Assembly: GCA_918797485.1 (NCBI GenBank)
Contig: CAKKNE010000005.1
Span: forward strand, 4,340,001 to 4,404,000
Length of the DNA: 64,000 nucleotides
Direction: 5' to 3'
Source: Pelagomonas calceolata
Lineage: Eukaryota
Below, piece by piece: positions 9,188-19,255 of this stretch. Numbering within the stretch: position 1 is the stretch's first letter; every line of letters begins with the position of its first letter. Made by a program: the position numbers and the translations under genes. The notes under the pieces are model-generated. The model saw only the letters and a program-made list of their open reading frames with translations. It was not told the origin of the DNA and ran no database searches.

Positions 9188-11977
9188 CACCACACACGTT
9201 TTCGCATGGTCTCTCCGACCCTTCTACCACGGATTCCGCCTGTTCTGCTTCAGCTGCGACTACTCGACTAAGAATATCTATCACCTATTACGCCCGGCCA
9301 CGCGAACGCTAGCGTCGGTTTAGGCACACACACGCCCAAAAACGCGACTTTTGCATAAATATCTAGTATGTTATATACTGGCACAGAAGTATAAACCCTC
9401 GGGCGCAGGAGCTGGGAGACGTATAATCCACCCTAGGCAAGCCCGTCCGGTCGACGGGCAGCCCACCGCACGCGGGCAGCTGCTCCGGGCTGCCAATCCA
9501 CCGCGCTGCTCCGAAGTCGGGCCGGCGACGTCGAGGCGATGACACAACTCCTGGATGGCGGCGCTGCGGTCGACCAAGCTAAAGGGGACGGCAGAACTTC
9601 CCTATGGATCGCCTGCCACCAGGGCCGCGTCGAGGCGGCGCGGCTGTTGCTGAACAAAGGCGCAGAGGTTGATCGGGCGAATCAGAACGGTGCGACGCCA
9701 CTGTACGTCGCCTGCCAGAACGGTCACGTCGCAGCGGCGCGGCTCTTGCTGGAAAATGGCGCGGAGGTCAATCGGGCGAAGGAGAACGGCTGGACCCCGC
9801 TATTGATCGCCTGTTGGAAGGGTCACGTCGACGCGGCAAAACTGTTGCTGGACAAAGACGCGGCGGTCGACCGGGCTGCGGAGAACGGTGCGACGCCGCT
9901 GGGCATCGCGCAGAAGAAAGGCCACTCGTCCATCGTTGCGCTGCTCGAGGAGCATATTTACCGGCTGCACGCAGCGGCCAAGACCGGCGACGTCGACGCG
10001 ATGGCGCGGCTCATCGACGGCGGCGCCGAGGTCGATCGGGCGGACGAGGACGGTCGGACGCCGCTGGTCATCGCCTGCCAGGAGGGCCACGTCGCCGCGG
10101 CACGACTGTTGCTGAACAAAGGCGCGGTGGTCGACCGGGCGATGAAGGACGGTAAGACGCCGCTGTACATCGCCTGCCAAGTGGGCCACGTCGAAGCGGC
10201 GCGGCTGCTGCTGGACAAAGGCGCGGCGGTTGATCGGGCGGCGAGGAGGGGCACAACGCCGCTGTTCGCCGCCTGCTTTTTCGGCCACGTCGACGCGGTG
10301 CGGCTGTTGTTAGAAAAAGGCGCGGCGGTCGACCGGGCTGCGGAGAACGGTGCGACGCCGCTGGGCATCGCGCAGAAGAAAGGCCACTCGTCCATCGTTG
10401 CGCTGCTCGAGGAGCATATTTACCCGCTGCACGCCGCGGCCAAGACCGGCGACGTCGAGGCGATGACACAACTCCTGGACGGCGGCGCTGCGGTCGACCA
10501 AGCTAAAGAGGACGGCACAACTTCCCTATGGATCGCCTGCCAGCAGGGCCGCGTCGACGCGGCGCGGCTGTTGCTGAACAAAGGCGCGGAGGTCGATCGG
10601 GCGAATCAGAACGGTGCGACGCCACTGTACGTCGCCTGCCAGAACGGTCACGTCGACGCGGTGTGGCTGCTGCTGGACAAAGGCGCGAAGGTCGACCGGG
10701 CGATGAAGAACGGTGCGACGCCGCTGATGATCGCCTGTCAGCACGGCCTCGACGTCGACACGGTGCGCCTGTTGCTGGACTACGGCGCGGAGGTCAACCG
10801 GGCGAACAAGAACGGCTGGACGCCGCTAATGATCGCGTGCTGGAAGGGCCACGTCGACGCGGTGCGGCTGTTGCTGTCGAGCGGGGCGGATTTTAATCGG
10901 GCTGCGAAGAACGGGGCGACGCCGCTGGGCATCGCGCAGAAGAAAGGCCACTCGTCCATCGTTGCGCTGCTCGAGGAGCATATTTACCCGCTGCACGCCG
11001 CGGCCAAGACAGACGAAGTCGACGCGATGACGCATCTTATCGACGGCGGCGCCGTGGTCGACCAGACGAAGAAGGACGGTGCGACGCCGCTGTGGATCGC
11101 CTGCAGGAACGGCCACGTCGATGCGGCGCGGCTGTTGCTGGAGAAAGGAGCGGAGGTCGATCGGGCGACGGAGAACGGTCAGACGCCGCTTTTCGTCGCC
11201 TGTGCTGAGGGTCACGTCGACGCGGCGCGGTTGTTGCTGGACAAAGGCGCGGAGGTCGATCGGGCGAATGAGAACGGTTTGACGCCGCTGATGCTCGCCT
11301 GCTACAAAGGCCACGTCGAGTTGGCACGGCTGGTGCTGGACAAAGGCGCGGAGGTTGACCGGGCTGCGGAGAACGGAGCGACGCCGCTGGCCATTGCGAA
11401 GCGTCGGCAACATCACGCGGTCGTCGCGCTGCTCAAAGAGTTCCTACCACTACCACTCGCTCCGCCGCGCCTCGGCCAACGGCAACAGTCGGAGGACAAG
11501 TGCTCTATCTGCCTCGAGCCGTACAGCGACCGCGTGTGGACAAGGTGCAACCACAGCTTCTGCCGCAAGTGCATCACGCAAGTGTGTCGGACGAAACCGC
11601 CGACGAATCGAGCCCCGTGTCCGTTTTGCAGGCAGCCCGTGCTTTTGGGCGAGCTCACGAGACGAGGCGAGGCGGAACGCCGCGAGACCGAGCGACAAAT
11701 CGCGCCCCCGCCCGCTCCCGCCCGTGCGGCCTCGGATACGACCAGCGACCTTGCAATCGCGCGGGCGCTGAGCAGGGATACCGACGCGGCGCTCGCGGCC
11801 TCCCTGCAGGCGGAAGAAGCGGCCGCCGCGTCCTTGCCTCGTCCTCCTCCTTGACACCACACACGTTTTCGCATGGTCTCTCCGACCCTTCTACCACGGA
11901 TTCCGCTCCGCCTCTAGACGCAAATGCGACTACTCGACTAAGAATACTATCTATCACCTATTACGCCCGGCCACGCG
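8180..11977 (+). repeat. Direct repeat pair of about 1.1 kb (8180-9304 vs 10847-11977)
   Basis: Near-identical ankyrin, RING, stop and 3' UTR sequence in both copies, visible by eye. Confidence 0.9.
9539..11854 (+). CDS. Ankyrin-repeat C3HC4 RING protein (putative E3 ligase) with a ubiquitin-binding-like tail
   Basis: About 19 G.TPL..AC..GH repeats; CSIC...CNHSFCRKC...CPFC; tail DAALAASLQAEE; 3' half nearly identical to 8180-9187. Confidence 0.85.
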   Translation: MTQLLDGGAAVDQAKGDGRTSLWIACHQGRVEAARLLLNKGAEVDRANQNGATPLYVACQNGHVAAARLLLENGAEVNRAKENGWTPLLIACWKGHVDAAKLLLDKDAAVDRAAENGATPLGIAQKKGHSSIVALLEEHIYRLHAAAKTGDVDAMARLIDGGAEVDRADEDGRTPLVIACQEGHVAAARLLLNKGAVVDRAMKDGKTPLYIACQVGHVEAARLLLDKGAAVDRAARRGTTPLFAACFFGHVDAVRLLLEKGAAVDRAAENGATPLGIAQKKGHSSIVALLEEHIYPLHAAAKTGDVEAMTQLLDGGAAVDQAKEDGTTSLWIACQQGRVDAARLLLNKGAEVDRANQNGATPLYVACQNGHVDAVWLLLDKGAKVDRAMKNGATPLMIACQHGLDVDTVRLLLDYGAEVNRANKNGWTPLMIACWKGHVDAVRLLLSSGADFNRAAKNGATPLGIAQKKGHSSIVALLEEHIYPLHAAAKTDEVDAMTHLIDGGAVVDQTKKDGATPLWIACRNGHVDAARLLLEKGAEVDRATENGQTPLFVACAEGHVDAARLLLDKGAEVDRANENGLTPLMLACYKGHVELARLVLDKGAEVDRAAENGATPLAIAKRRQHHAVVALLKEFLPLPLAPPRLGQRQQSEDKCSICLEPYSDRVWTRCNHSFCRKCITQVCRTKPPTNRAPCPFCRQPVLLGELTRRGEAERRETERQIAPPPAPARAASDTTSDLAIARALSRDTDAALAASLQAEEAAAASLPRPPP

Positions 11978-14900
11978 CACGTGGCGCGGCAAAACGTCCT
12001 CCTCGTAGGACCCCGCGCCCTGGAGGACGACGTCGAACGACTCGCCGTGGTGCACGTCGAAGCGGAAGCGCGAGCAGTAGCGCACGTTGCGTTTCGGCGA
12101 GAAGGTCACGCGGACGGGCTTCGGGGCCCGCGGGTTCGCGGCCGCGTCGTTCGTTAACGACTGCGCGAGCGACGTGACCGCCGCGCCCTTCCAGGACAGC
12201 TCCGTGAGCGTCTGCGCGAAGAGCGGCCGCGCGTCTCGCATAAAATCCTTGGGCACGCAGGCCGCCGCCGACCTTAGGGGTAACGACGGCCCGGCGACCA
12301 CACCGGCCACGTGCTCGAAGGCGAAGACCGACGGGTCGTCGACGGAATCGGGTCTCGCGTTGTCGCCGTCAATTCCGTCGTTCTTCCGACCAGCCCGCGG
12401 CACGTGCCTCAAAGACCAGGACGCCTCGACCTCCGTCGGGTTCGACAAGAAGACGAGCAATTCCGACGTCTTGTCGGCCCTTACCACGCCAAAGGCGTGC
12501 GCCGCCGGTTGGACCACCAAAGTAGGTGATAACACGGTAGCCTTCAGGGCTATGGTTTGTAACTGGCCGGTCGAAAAGGTGATGTTCAGGTCGCCCCGGT
12601 ACAAGTGTTCCAAAGGCAAGGGCTTGTCGCCTATTCTCACTGGTAAGGGCGGCTTCTCGAACAAGATATCGACGCCCATGCTTTGAGCTGGCAACAATTT
12701 AATTGTAGACGTACAGTCCGCACCGAGGTAGGAAAACTCCGTCGAGAAGCATCTCAATAAGGAAAAGGGCCCGTCCAATGATAAAGAGCACGAGACGGGC
12801 ACGTCCAGCGGGTTCCGCAGCAACGTCTTGCGGTGCAGGGACTTGGGCGCGTGCTTTACGAGGGTCACGGGCGGGACTTCTACCGTGGACCACGTTCTGA
12901 ACCTTATGTTAGAGTCCTTGGACGCCTTTTCCATGCGTAATGAGGGTTCCACGATCCTAGCATCAAGACAGACCTTCAGAGCGGCCGTGACCTTCGGAGC
13001 CTTCCTTGCTTTTAACAATTTACTTTTCATGGACTGCTGGACGTGTAAGGCGCCCAGCGACGTGAGCTTCGCCGTCTCGCCTTCCACAGAATCGTGAGAC
13101 GACACTTGTAGTTTCGAGACCCACTCCGCGTCGGCCACGGCGACGGACGCGATGCGTCCCGGTAAACCAGTAGCGGATTCGGATGGTAAAATCATGGTGA
13201 ACGTCGCCTCCGCGTGGGCCTTGACGACTCTACTGATGGGTTTTATTGTAAAGGGCGACTCGTAGACCTCGGGCTCCTTCCACTCGATTGACGTGGAAAC
13301 GCCGTCCTCGGTCGCCATGAGCTTGCATTCCACGAATTGCCTCTCCGCATTCTCGAGGCCTTCCCTTACTAAACGCCAAGAAATGCGCGCGTCGACGGGC
13401 CCGTCGTTTCTAATTTTTATGTGTTTCTCTGGAGGTGAGGGATGGCCTATTGTGACCTGCCCAAACCTTAACAAGGGGTCCTTGCACTTCGTCAATGTAA
13501 GATCCAAGCCGGCGCACTCCTGCTTGAAAGTTAAAGGGCACCCTATCACGGCTAGCGATACGGGTATCGACGCCGTCGGCGCCGTCTCGACCTCGCACGA
13601 CAACGTATCATTAAATAGGGACGCCATGTTGTTGAATGCTGTCACTGTGACGACCGTGACGCCCCACGGGGTCAATTGACCAGTGCTGGGTTCGACGGCA
13701 AAGGCCACGCCGTTGCCCTTCTTGAGCACAATAGCATCCTGCTTCTGCAGCAATCGTTTCGAGACGTACGTGCGACCCATTTCCGATTGGAACGTGTTCT
13801 CCACGTCATGTGCATCGTCCAAAATTTTATTCGCGAACCTTGGTTTTTCTGGTGGTAGCGGCTCGGCCGCATATTTACTGCAGCCGAAGTTGAATGGCGC
13901 CGCAATCGCGCTCAAATTACGAACGGCAATCCTCATCTTCCGTCGCTCGAACAAGGGCACGTCAGTACCGAAGTTTAGGGAAGGTAGCGGCGGCACGAGC
14001 GGTAGTTGCACATCATCCGGTAATTGGACACAGTTGGAGTCGCATAATGGTGGAGGTGGTGCTTGGTCTTCTCCCAATAACTCGTAGGCCAGGACCGCAT
14101 TCTTGGACGTGGCCCTCAGTCCAAACCCGAGCGGCAGGGCGCACCCGAAGACCTTGCAGCCCAATACTTCGTCGACGACGCCCGCCGTCAACGCCGTATA
14201 CTTTATACTAATAGTCAACACCTGCTTGGCCTCCAATTCTCCTGAACGCGGCTCAAACACCAAAGTGAAAGCTGGTGATGACCCGCCCGGCCGCTCGAAC
14301 TTGAATTTTGTACTAAGGTTAGAGAGATTCACCAGAGTTAACTCCCTTTCGACAGGTACTCCCACGTACACCACCCCTAAGGGTACGGAGGTCTCCTTGA
14401 GATACACCTTGGGCGCTTGGACTTCTCCTCTAATACTCATGTACTGGGGCGGGGCTCGATTACACGCGCACGTCACGACGGATCGCAATCGTTCCGGTCG
14501 CTTCCCCGCCGCGCATCTTACTAAAATGCTACCTTGGGACTTGGCCGGCACTCTGAGGAGTGGTGGATCGAACTCCAACGCACACGCGTCGTGGTCAATC
14601 ACAAAGGTGTCGGCCACCGTCGCCGTGGCTCCTTCATCCACGGAATCATCATCGTCCACGACGGCCTCCAGATGATCCTTTACTTCCTGAAACTCGACGT
14701 CGACGCCGCACGGCGCCGTGTTTGTGAATTTTAGCTCGTAGTCCTTCCGGCCGCCGACCGCGATGAGTCCCAAGTCGACCTCTGGTACTTCGAATTTTAT
14801 CCGAGCTTGAACGACTTCACCACGCACCACCACTCGCCCCGCCTCGTGCGTCTCTCCACTTAGTTGATCGGCAATATCAAGACCGCAGCTCACGTCGTAC

Positions 14901-17293
14901 GAACCTACTTCCAAACCAGTGGCCGTCGCTACCGTATCTACGGATTGACCCGGTTCGAGGACGCCGCCCGACGGCAGCCAGACTAATGAGGCTTGGGGCG
15001 CGTCTTGCACCAAGGAACCGTCTACAGTAATACGCTGGTCGTCATCAAAAGCCCACGCCACCGTCGAGTCGGTGGGATTTGTTACTGTGACGGCATTTGA
15101 TGCTACACTTTCACCGAGATACATAGCTCGAGGGAAGGCGACGGCGCCCGGTGCTATTTCTAATCTGGCTAGATGGCCCCTACCTCTAAGAACACAGGAG
15201 TAGACCTCGATATCCACTACATCCTCGTCACTAGTGATACCGGCGGCCTGCCTTGGTATTTGTTTTATCATAATTCGGAGTATGGCCTGAGACGCCTCAT
15301 TTGCTGAAGGCGCGTACGTCACGGCCACGTTCGATCTTTGTTCACTGTGTATGGTGCCGTCGCCATTCGCGTACGTAAAGGACGACGCGCCGTCGATACG
15401 TACTTCATACGACAATGATAATTCACCGTCATTCACTAAATCAAGAGCATGTACGGACGACGACCCGAGGCAGACCGAGTCGAAGTTTAGGGTGCTGGGA
15501 GGCTTATAATCACCATGTGAATCAAGATCGACGCCGTCCAAGCCCGCGACGCGCACTTGAATAGCTTCGGCCCGGCCCTTCAGAGAATAGGTCGTCGCGT
15601 GCTGCTCCTCGTCAATTAGTAAAAAGGACGCGTCGTACGACGGTCGTCCCTCCTCGGGCTTGAACGTGACATGCACATCCATTGACTGATCAGTATCTAA
15701 TGAGAACCTAGCGGGACCCACGACAAACGCGCCCGTCCTGACTTCCTGGTACGTGATCAAGTGCTCCGGGACGTCTCGATCACAAACGTCGAGCAGTCGG
15801 AACGCACCGGGACCGCCGGAATTCGTCACGCGGAAAGTTTTTTCTATGACTCCTCCTAACAAACACGCGCCCACATCTAGTACCGAGGGTAGGTCCAGGA
15901 TCGGAGGGTCCCGCTTGCCCGTCAGACTTATGTTAACTTCGCCCTCCTCGCTCACGACAACTAGTCTGTCCTCGAAATCCTTCAGACTATCCGGTGCGAA
16001 CTTGATCAATGCATGCACGGACATGCCCGGCGCTAGCACGCCGGAGTCCTCGCCGCCGGGCCACTTGACGCGAGCGACCTTGAAGTACCGTGACTGCGGT
16101 CTCAGCAGTCGCAATCGGCGCGATATGGCCGACGTGTTCCGGATATGCAATGTTTGTTCATAGATCTGAGCAGGCACGTGGTTCCGGAAGAACAACGAGG
16201 CCGGCTCCACGGCGATGAGATCGTGCGATTCTACAGCTGCCTGAGTCTTCTCAAACGTCCGCTGGGACGCCGCATAAGTAGCGTCAAAAGCAATGGTCAT
16301 CGGGTCGCCCTCGACGTAGACGTCCTTGCCGATCATGCGCGGTGACGGGGGCCGCACCGTTAATCTAGTGTTATGGTTTGACGAAGAAGGATCGTAGCGC
16401 GGGTTCCGCAAAAAATGCTGTCGCGCCCGCATGCCCCGCAAAATCGTGTCGTTGGCCCACTCCTCGTCGCCGGTCATCTGGTCGACGCGCTTCTTGCGGG
16501 CTTGCTTCACTTTCTCTTCTAAAGCCGGTCCTTGCGATTTAGTAGTTGCGAGGAACGTTTTCACAAATTCCGCAGTAGCTTTCCCGCCGTTCGGACCGTG
16601 CGAGATGGGTAAGAGCTTGGAACACCGCTTCGAGAAGGATGCTGTTTGTTTATAATATGCCGGCTCGTCCTCTTCCAGTAAAGGCGGTCCCGGCATCGTC
16701 AAACCAGCTTGGGCATAATTACCTGATTGTATAGCCACGTCTCTCCTGTTGGCCTCGACCAGGTCTTCGGCCGTCACCAAGGCATCGGCGAATTTACCAC
16801 TCTGGTCCATGTCGCCCTTGTGTAACTCCAAAGTCGAGCGATGCTGCGGCAGGTGCGCGTTTTGTATTAAACCGATCTTCTTCAGGGAGATTTCTTCGTC
16901 CTTGTCCTCTCGTTTGGCTTTCGTGGTTTGGACTTTCATATATTGCAACAAATCATCAGCTTGCGTCCGTTGCGTTTCTAAGCGCTTGGCGATCGACAGG
17001 GCTCGCTTCCGCGCCAATGCTTTCGTAGCCTCCGGGTCGCCTCGTTGTTTAGGATCGAACCATGGTTCGGTTTGCAATTCCATCCTCAAAGAAGCGACGG
17101 AAGCTTCATCGGTGATACATGCTGGGGCTTCGGCCGGCGCCGGGCCGGGGGCCTCCTCTTCAGGAGCTTCCGATTCCTCGTAGAGCCCCCTAAACAAGGT
17201 CCGCAGGATGTGCGAGATGGAGCCGACGGCGGCGTCGTCGTGCGCTTGCTTCTTCGCGTCTTCGTCTGCGGCGCCGGCCGCTGTGGTCGCCAT
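11954..17293 (-). CDS. DLEC1: DLEC1/CFAP81-like ciliary protein with multiple ASH (Ig-like) domains
   Basis: 1779 aa; HFLRNPRY followed by repeated ASH-type domains (LHIRNTSAISRRLR...GVLAPGMS..IKFAPDSLKDFED; LVNLSNLSTKF). Confidence 0.75.
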   Translation of the reverse strand: MATTAAGAADEDAKKQAHDDAAVGSISHILRTLFRGLYEESEAPEEEAPGPAPAEAPACITDEASVASLRMELQTEPWFDPKQRGDPEATKALARKRALSIAKRLETQRTQADDLLQYMKVQTTKAKREDKDEEISLKKIGLIQNAHLPQHRSTLELHKGDMDQSGKFADALVTAEDLVEANRRDVAIQSGNYAQAGLTMPGPPLLEEDEPAYYKQTASFSKRCSKLLPISHGPNGGKATAEFVKTFLATTKSQGPALEEKVKQARKKRVDQMTGDEEWANDTILRGMRARQHFLRNPRYDPSSSNHNTRLTVRPPSPRMIGKDVYVEGDPMTIAFDATYAASQRTFEKTQAAVESHDLIAVEPASLFFRNHVPAQIYEQTLHIRNTSAISRRLRLLRPQSRYFKVARVKWPGGEDSGVLAPGMSVHALIKFAPDSLKDFEDRLVVVSEEGEVNISLTGKRDPPILDLPSVLDVGACLLGGVIEKTFRVTNSGGPGAFRLLDVCDRDVPEHLITYQEVRTGAFVVGPARFSLDTDQSMDVHVTFKPEEGRPSYDASFLLIDEEQHATTYSLKGRAEAIQVRVAGLDGVDLDSHGDYKPPSTLNFDSVCLGSSSVHALDLVNDGELSLSYEVRIDGASSFTYANGDGTIHSEQRSNVAVTYAPSANEASQAILRIMIKQIPRQAAGITSDEDVVDIEVYSCVLRGRGHLARLEIAPGAVAFPRAMYLGESVASNAVTVTNPTDSTVAWAFDDDQRITVDGSLVQDAPQASLVWLPSGGVLEPGQSVDTVATATGLEVGSYDVSCGLDIADQLSGETHEAGRVVVRGEVVQARIKFEVPEVDLGLIAVGGRKDYELKFTNTAPCGVDVEFQEVKDHLEAVVDDDDSVDEGATATVADTFVIDHDACALEFDPPLLRVPAKSQGSILVRCAAGKRPERLRSVVTCACNRAPPQYMSIRGEVQAPKVYLKETSVPLGVVYVGVPVERELTLVNLSNLSTKFKFERPGGSSPAFTLVFEPRSGELEAKQVLTISIKYTALTAGVVDEVLGCKVFGCALPLGFGLRATSKNAVLAYELLGEDQAPPPPLCDSNCVQLPDDVQLPLVPPLPSLNFGTDVPLFERRKMRIAVRNLSAIAAPFNFGCSKYAAEPLPPEKPRFANKILDDAHDVENTFQSEMGRTYVSKRLLQKQDAIVLKKGNGVAFAVEPSTGQLTPWGVTVVTVTAFNNMASLFNDTLSCEVETAPTASIPVSLAVIGCPLTFKQECAGLDLTLTKCKDPLLRFGQVTIGHPSPPEKHIKIRNDGPVDARISWRLVREGLENAERQFVECKLMATEDGVSTSIEWKEPEVYESPFTIKPISRVVKAHAEATFTMILPSESATGLPGRIASVAVADAEWVSKLQVSSHDSVEGETAKLTSLGALHVQQSMKSKLLKARKAPKVTAALKVCLDARIVEPSLRMEKASKDSNIRFRTWSTVEVPPVTLVKHAPKSLHRKTLLRNPLDVPVSCSLSLDGPFSLLRCFSTEFSYLGADCTSTIKLLPAQSMGVDILFEKPPLPVRIGDKPLPLEHLYRGDLNITFSTGQLQTIALKATVLSPTLVVQPAAHAFGVVRADKTSELLVFLSNPTEVEASWSLRHVPRAGRKNDGIDGDNARPDSVDDPSVFAFEHVAGVVAGPSLPLRSAAACVPKDFMRDARPLFAQTLTELSWKGAAVTSLAQSLTNDAAANPRAPKPVRVTFSPKRNVRYCSRFRFDVHHGESFDVVLQGAGSYEEDVLPRHVRVAGRNR

Positions 17294-17962
17294 GGTGGCT
17301 CCTTATACGTGCCGGGCAGCAGCCGACGGGTCGCAGCGATGCGTTTACGTACGTACGGCAAAGCTGTGACCGTCGGGCAGCCCGGTCGCGCCCTAGGCGG
17401 CGTCGGCGCGCGACAAAGCCGGCGGCGCTATGCCAAAACTCCCGTCGCTTCGTGCGGGGCGGAGATTTGCCGTGGTGCACTAGAGAAGCGTGGGAGTGGT
17501 CTCTGGAAAGACACGAGGCCTGCCCGGACGACTTGCTAGTCCATCGATTCGGCTGCTCTTGCTGCTCGCTTCGAGCGCAATTGAAGGCGTCGTGCGCCCT
17601 CCCCCGGGCGACCGGCGGGCTGCTGTGCCGCGTGCGAGCCATGCGCTTGATATATTTTGTGAATGCCATGTCGAAAAGACCGGTTCGGATAAGCCGCATT
17701 AGTAACCAGCAGCGCACCTCCAACCCTGCAGCAAGCAGCACCGCAATTCGGAGCCGCCGAGACAAGGTAACCACCGGCGTCTGCATGCACAGAGCAGCAA
17801 ACACGGCAATGAGAATAAACCTGGTCTTCTTTCAACTGGACGGAGTATCTCCGCGTGAAGAGGATACCTACCGCTGATTATAATTTTTGAGCCTACGGTG
17901 CCACACAAAACGCCCGCCGCGACCGCGACGCGCGCTCGACGTTCCATCGCGCAGGCCATGCC

Positions 17963-19189
17963 ATGACCGACGGCGACTACTACTGGTTCCGGCCGCCGCG
18001 CGAGGGCCGCGCGTCGACGTTCTACGCGACGCGCCACGCAAGTGGACGTATTTGCGAGCAAGGCGAGCAGGCCGTGATAGATATAGAAGATCGGGACCTC
18101 CAGGCCAAGATCGCGGCCTTCAACGCCCTGGTGCACAAGCACCGCGTCTGCCCGGCGCAGACGCTGCCGAACGATCCTAGAAGAGAGAAGCTAGCACTGT
18201 TGCGAGAGGAATCGGCGCGCACTTTGCAAATCTACGACGTTAATGATTTCGTCAAAAGGACGGTCTGGCCCTACTGCCTCGCGGGGGGCGATTTAAGGCA
18301 CGTCGGGTTCCACGTCGTCGATGAGTTCGTACCTTCACACGTATCACATTCTGATATCGAGGACGCGGTCTTCCCGAGCTGCTACGACGAAACGAAGGGT
18401 TCCGTACCGAACTGTTATGCGTGGGAGGATAATGATAAAAAACATGAGCAAAATAGAGAGGTCTGCACGCACGGCGTCACGCTCCTCGATCGCGAGCAGC
18501 TGATTCCGGCCGAAGTCGCGCCCTTACCTCTGCCCGAGTTAGTGAGAAGGACTCTAGTCCCCGGCCTGGAAGCGTTCCTCGAACAGTTAAATCTACCAAC
18601 AGCATTGGACTTCCTCTACGCGAATCGGTATCGCAAAGGGAAACGGAGCTATATAAGGTTCCACCACGACCAGTTGACGAAGATGGGCCCCGTCGTTGTG
18701 GGAGTGTCGTTGGGCGCGACGGCGCACTTGACTCTCGTAAGGACGTGTTCGAGCGACACGAAGCTGCCGGGCCGCGACGGTTCCGTGGATGTTGAATTGA
18801 GAGCAGGTTCGATGTACGTCATGAGCGGCATCGCGCGCTACGGGCTGAAGCACGGCGTGCTCGACGCGTCGGCGCTCGGCGACCGCGTGTCGCTGACGTT
18901 TCGCGAAGTGACGAAGAAGCGGCCCTGGGTGCGGCCGCCCGCGGACATCGTCGGGCCTTTGGTAAGGCACCCGGCGGCTCTGGGCTGCGCGTGCTGCCGG
19001 CGGGCGCCGCGGTGCGGTCGCCGCGACGCCATCGACGCGCCCGCGATCCGCCCGCGTGAGCGCCGCGAGTCGTTCGACGCCACGCGGCGAGAACAGGCGC
19101 CGGGAATCCGCCCGCCAGGGCGCATCGACACCTCAACACGGAACCGCAAGCGCGCCGAGAAGCGCAAGCGCAAGCGACGAGCCCCCTGA
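17963..19189 (+). CDS. AlkB-like 2OG-Fe(II) dioxygenase; possible in-frame intron 19004-19096
   Basis: ANRY..IRFHHD (HxD), GVSLG, LKHGV, RVSLTFR; basic NLS-like tail. Confidence 0.8.
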   Translation: MTDGDYYWFRPPREGRASTFYATRHASGRICEQGEQAVIDIEDRDLQAKIAAFNALVHKHRVCPAQTLPNDPRREKLALLREESARTLQIYDVNDFVKRTVWPYCLAGGDLRHVGFHVVDEFVPSHVSHSDIEDAVFPSCYDETKGSVPNCYAWEDNDKKHEQNREVCTHGVTLLDREQLIPAEVAPLPLPELVRRTLVPGLEAFLEQLNLPTALDFLYANRYRKGKRSYIRFHHDQLTKMGPVVVGVSLGATAHLTLVRTCSSDTKLPGRDGSVDVELRAGSMYVMSGIARYGLKHGVLDASALGDRVSLTFREVTKKRPWVRPPADIVGPLVRHPAALGCACCRRAPRCGRRDAIDAPAIRPRERRESFDATRREQAPGIRPPGRIDTSTRNRKRAEKRKRKRRAP

Positions 19190-19255
19190 CCCGTACCATT
19201 CCGGGGGGCTCCGCTACGCCGCGCAATTTTGATAAGTTTTGTACCATTTACCTAA

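Noticed and set aside
7820..11440. Regular repeats that could suggest a CRISPR array
   Set aside because: They are 99-bp coding ankyrin units with no unique spacers and no cas genes.
17293..17962. ORFs in the DLEC1/AlkB spacer and similar divergent spacers
   Set aside because: No codon bias or motifs; consistent with promoter or UTR DNA.
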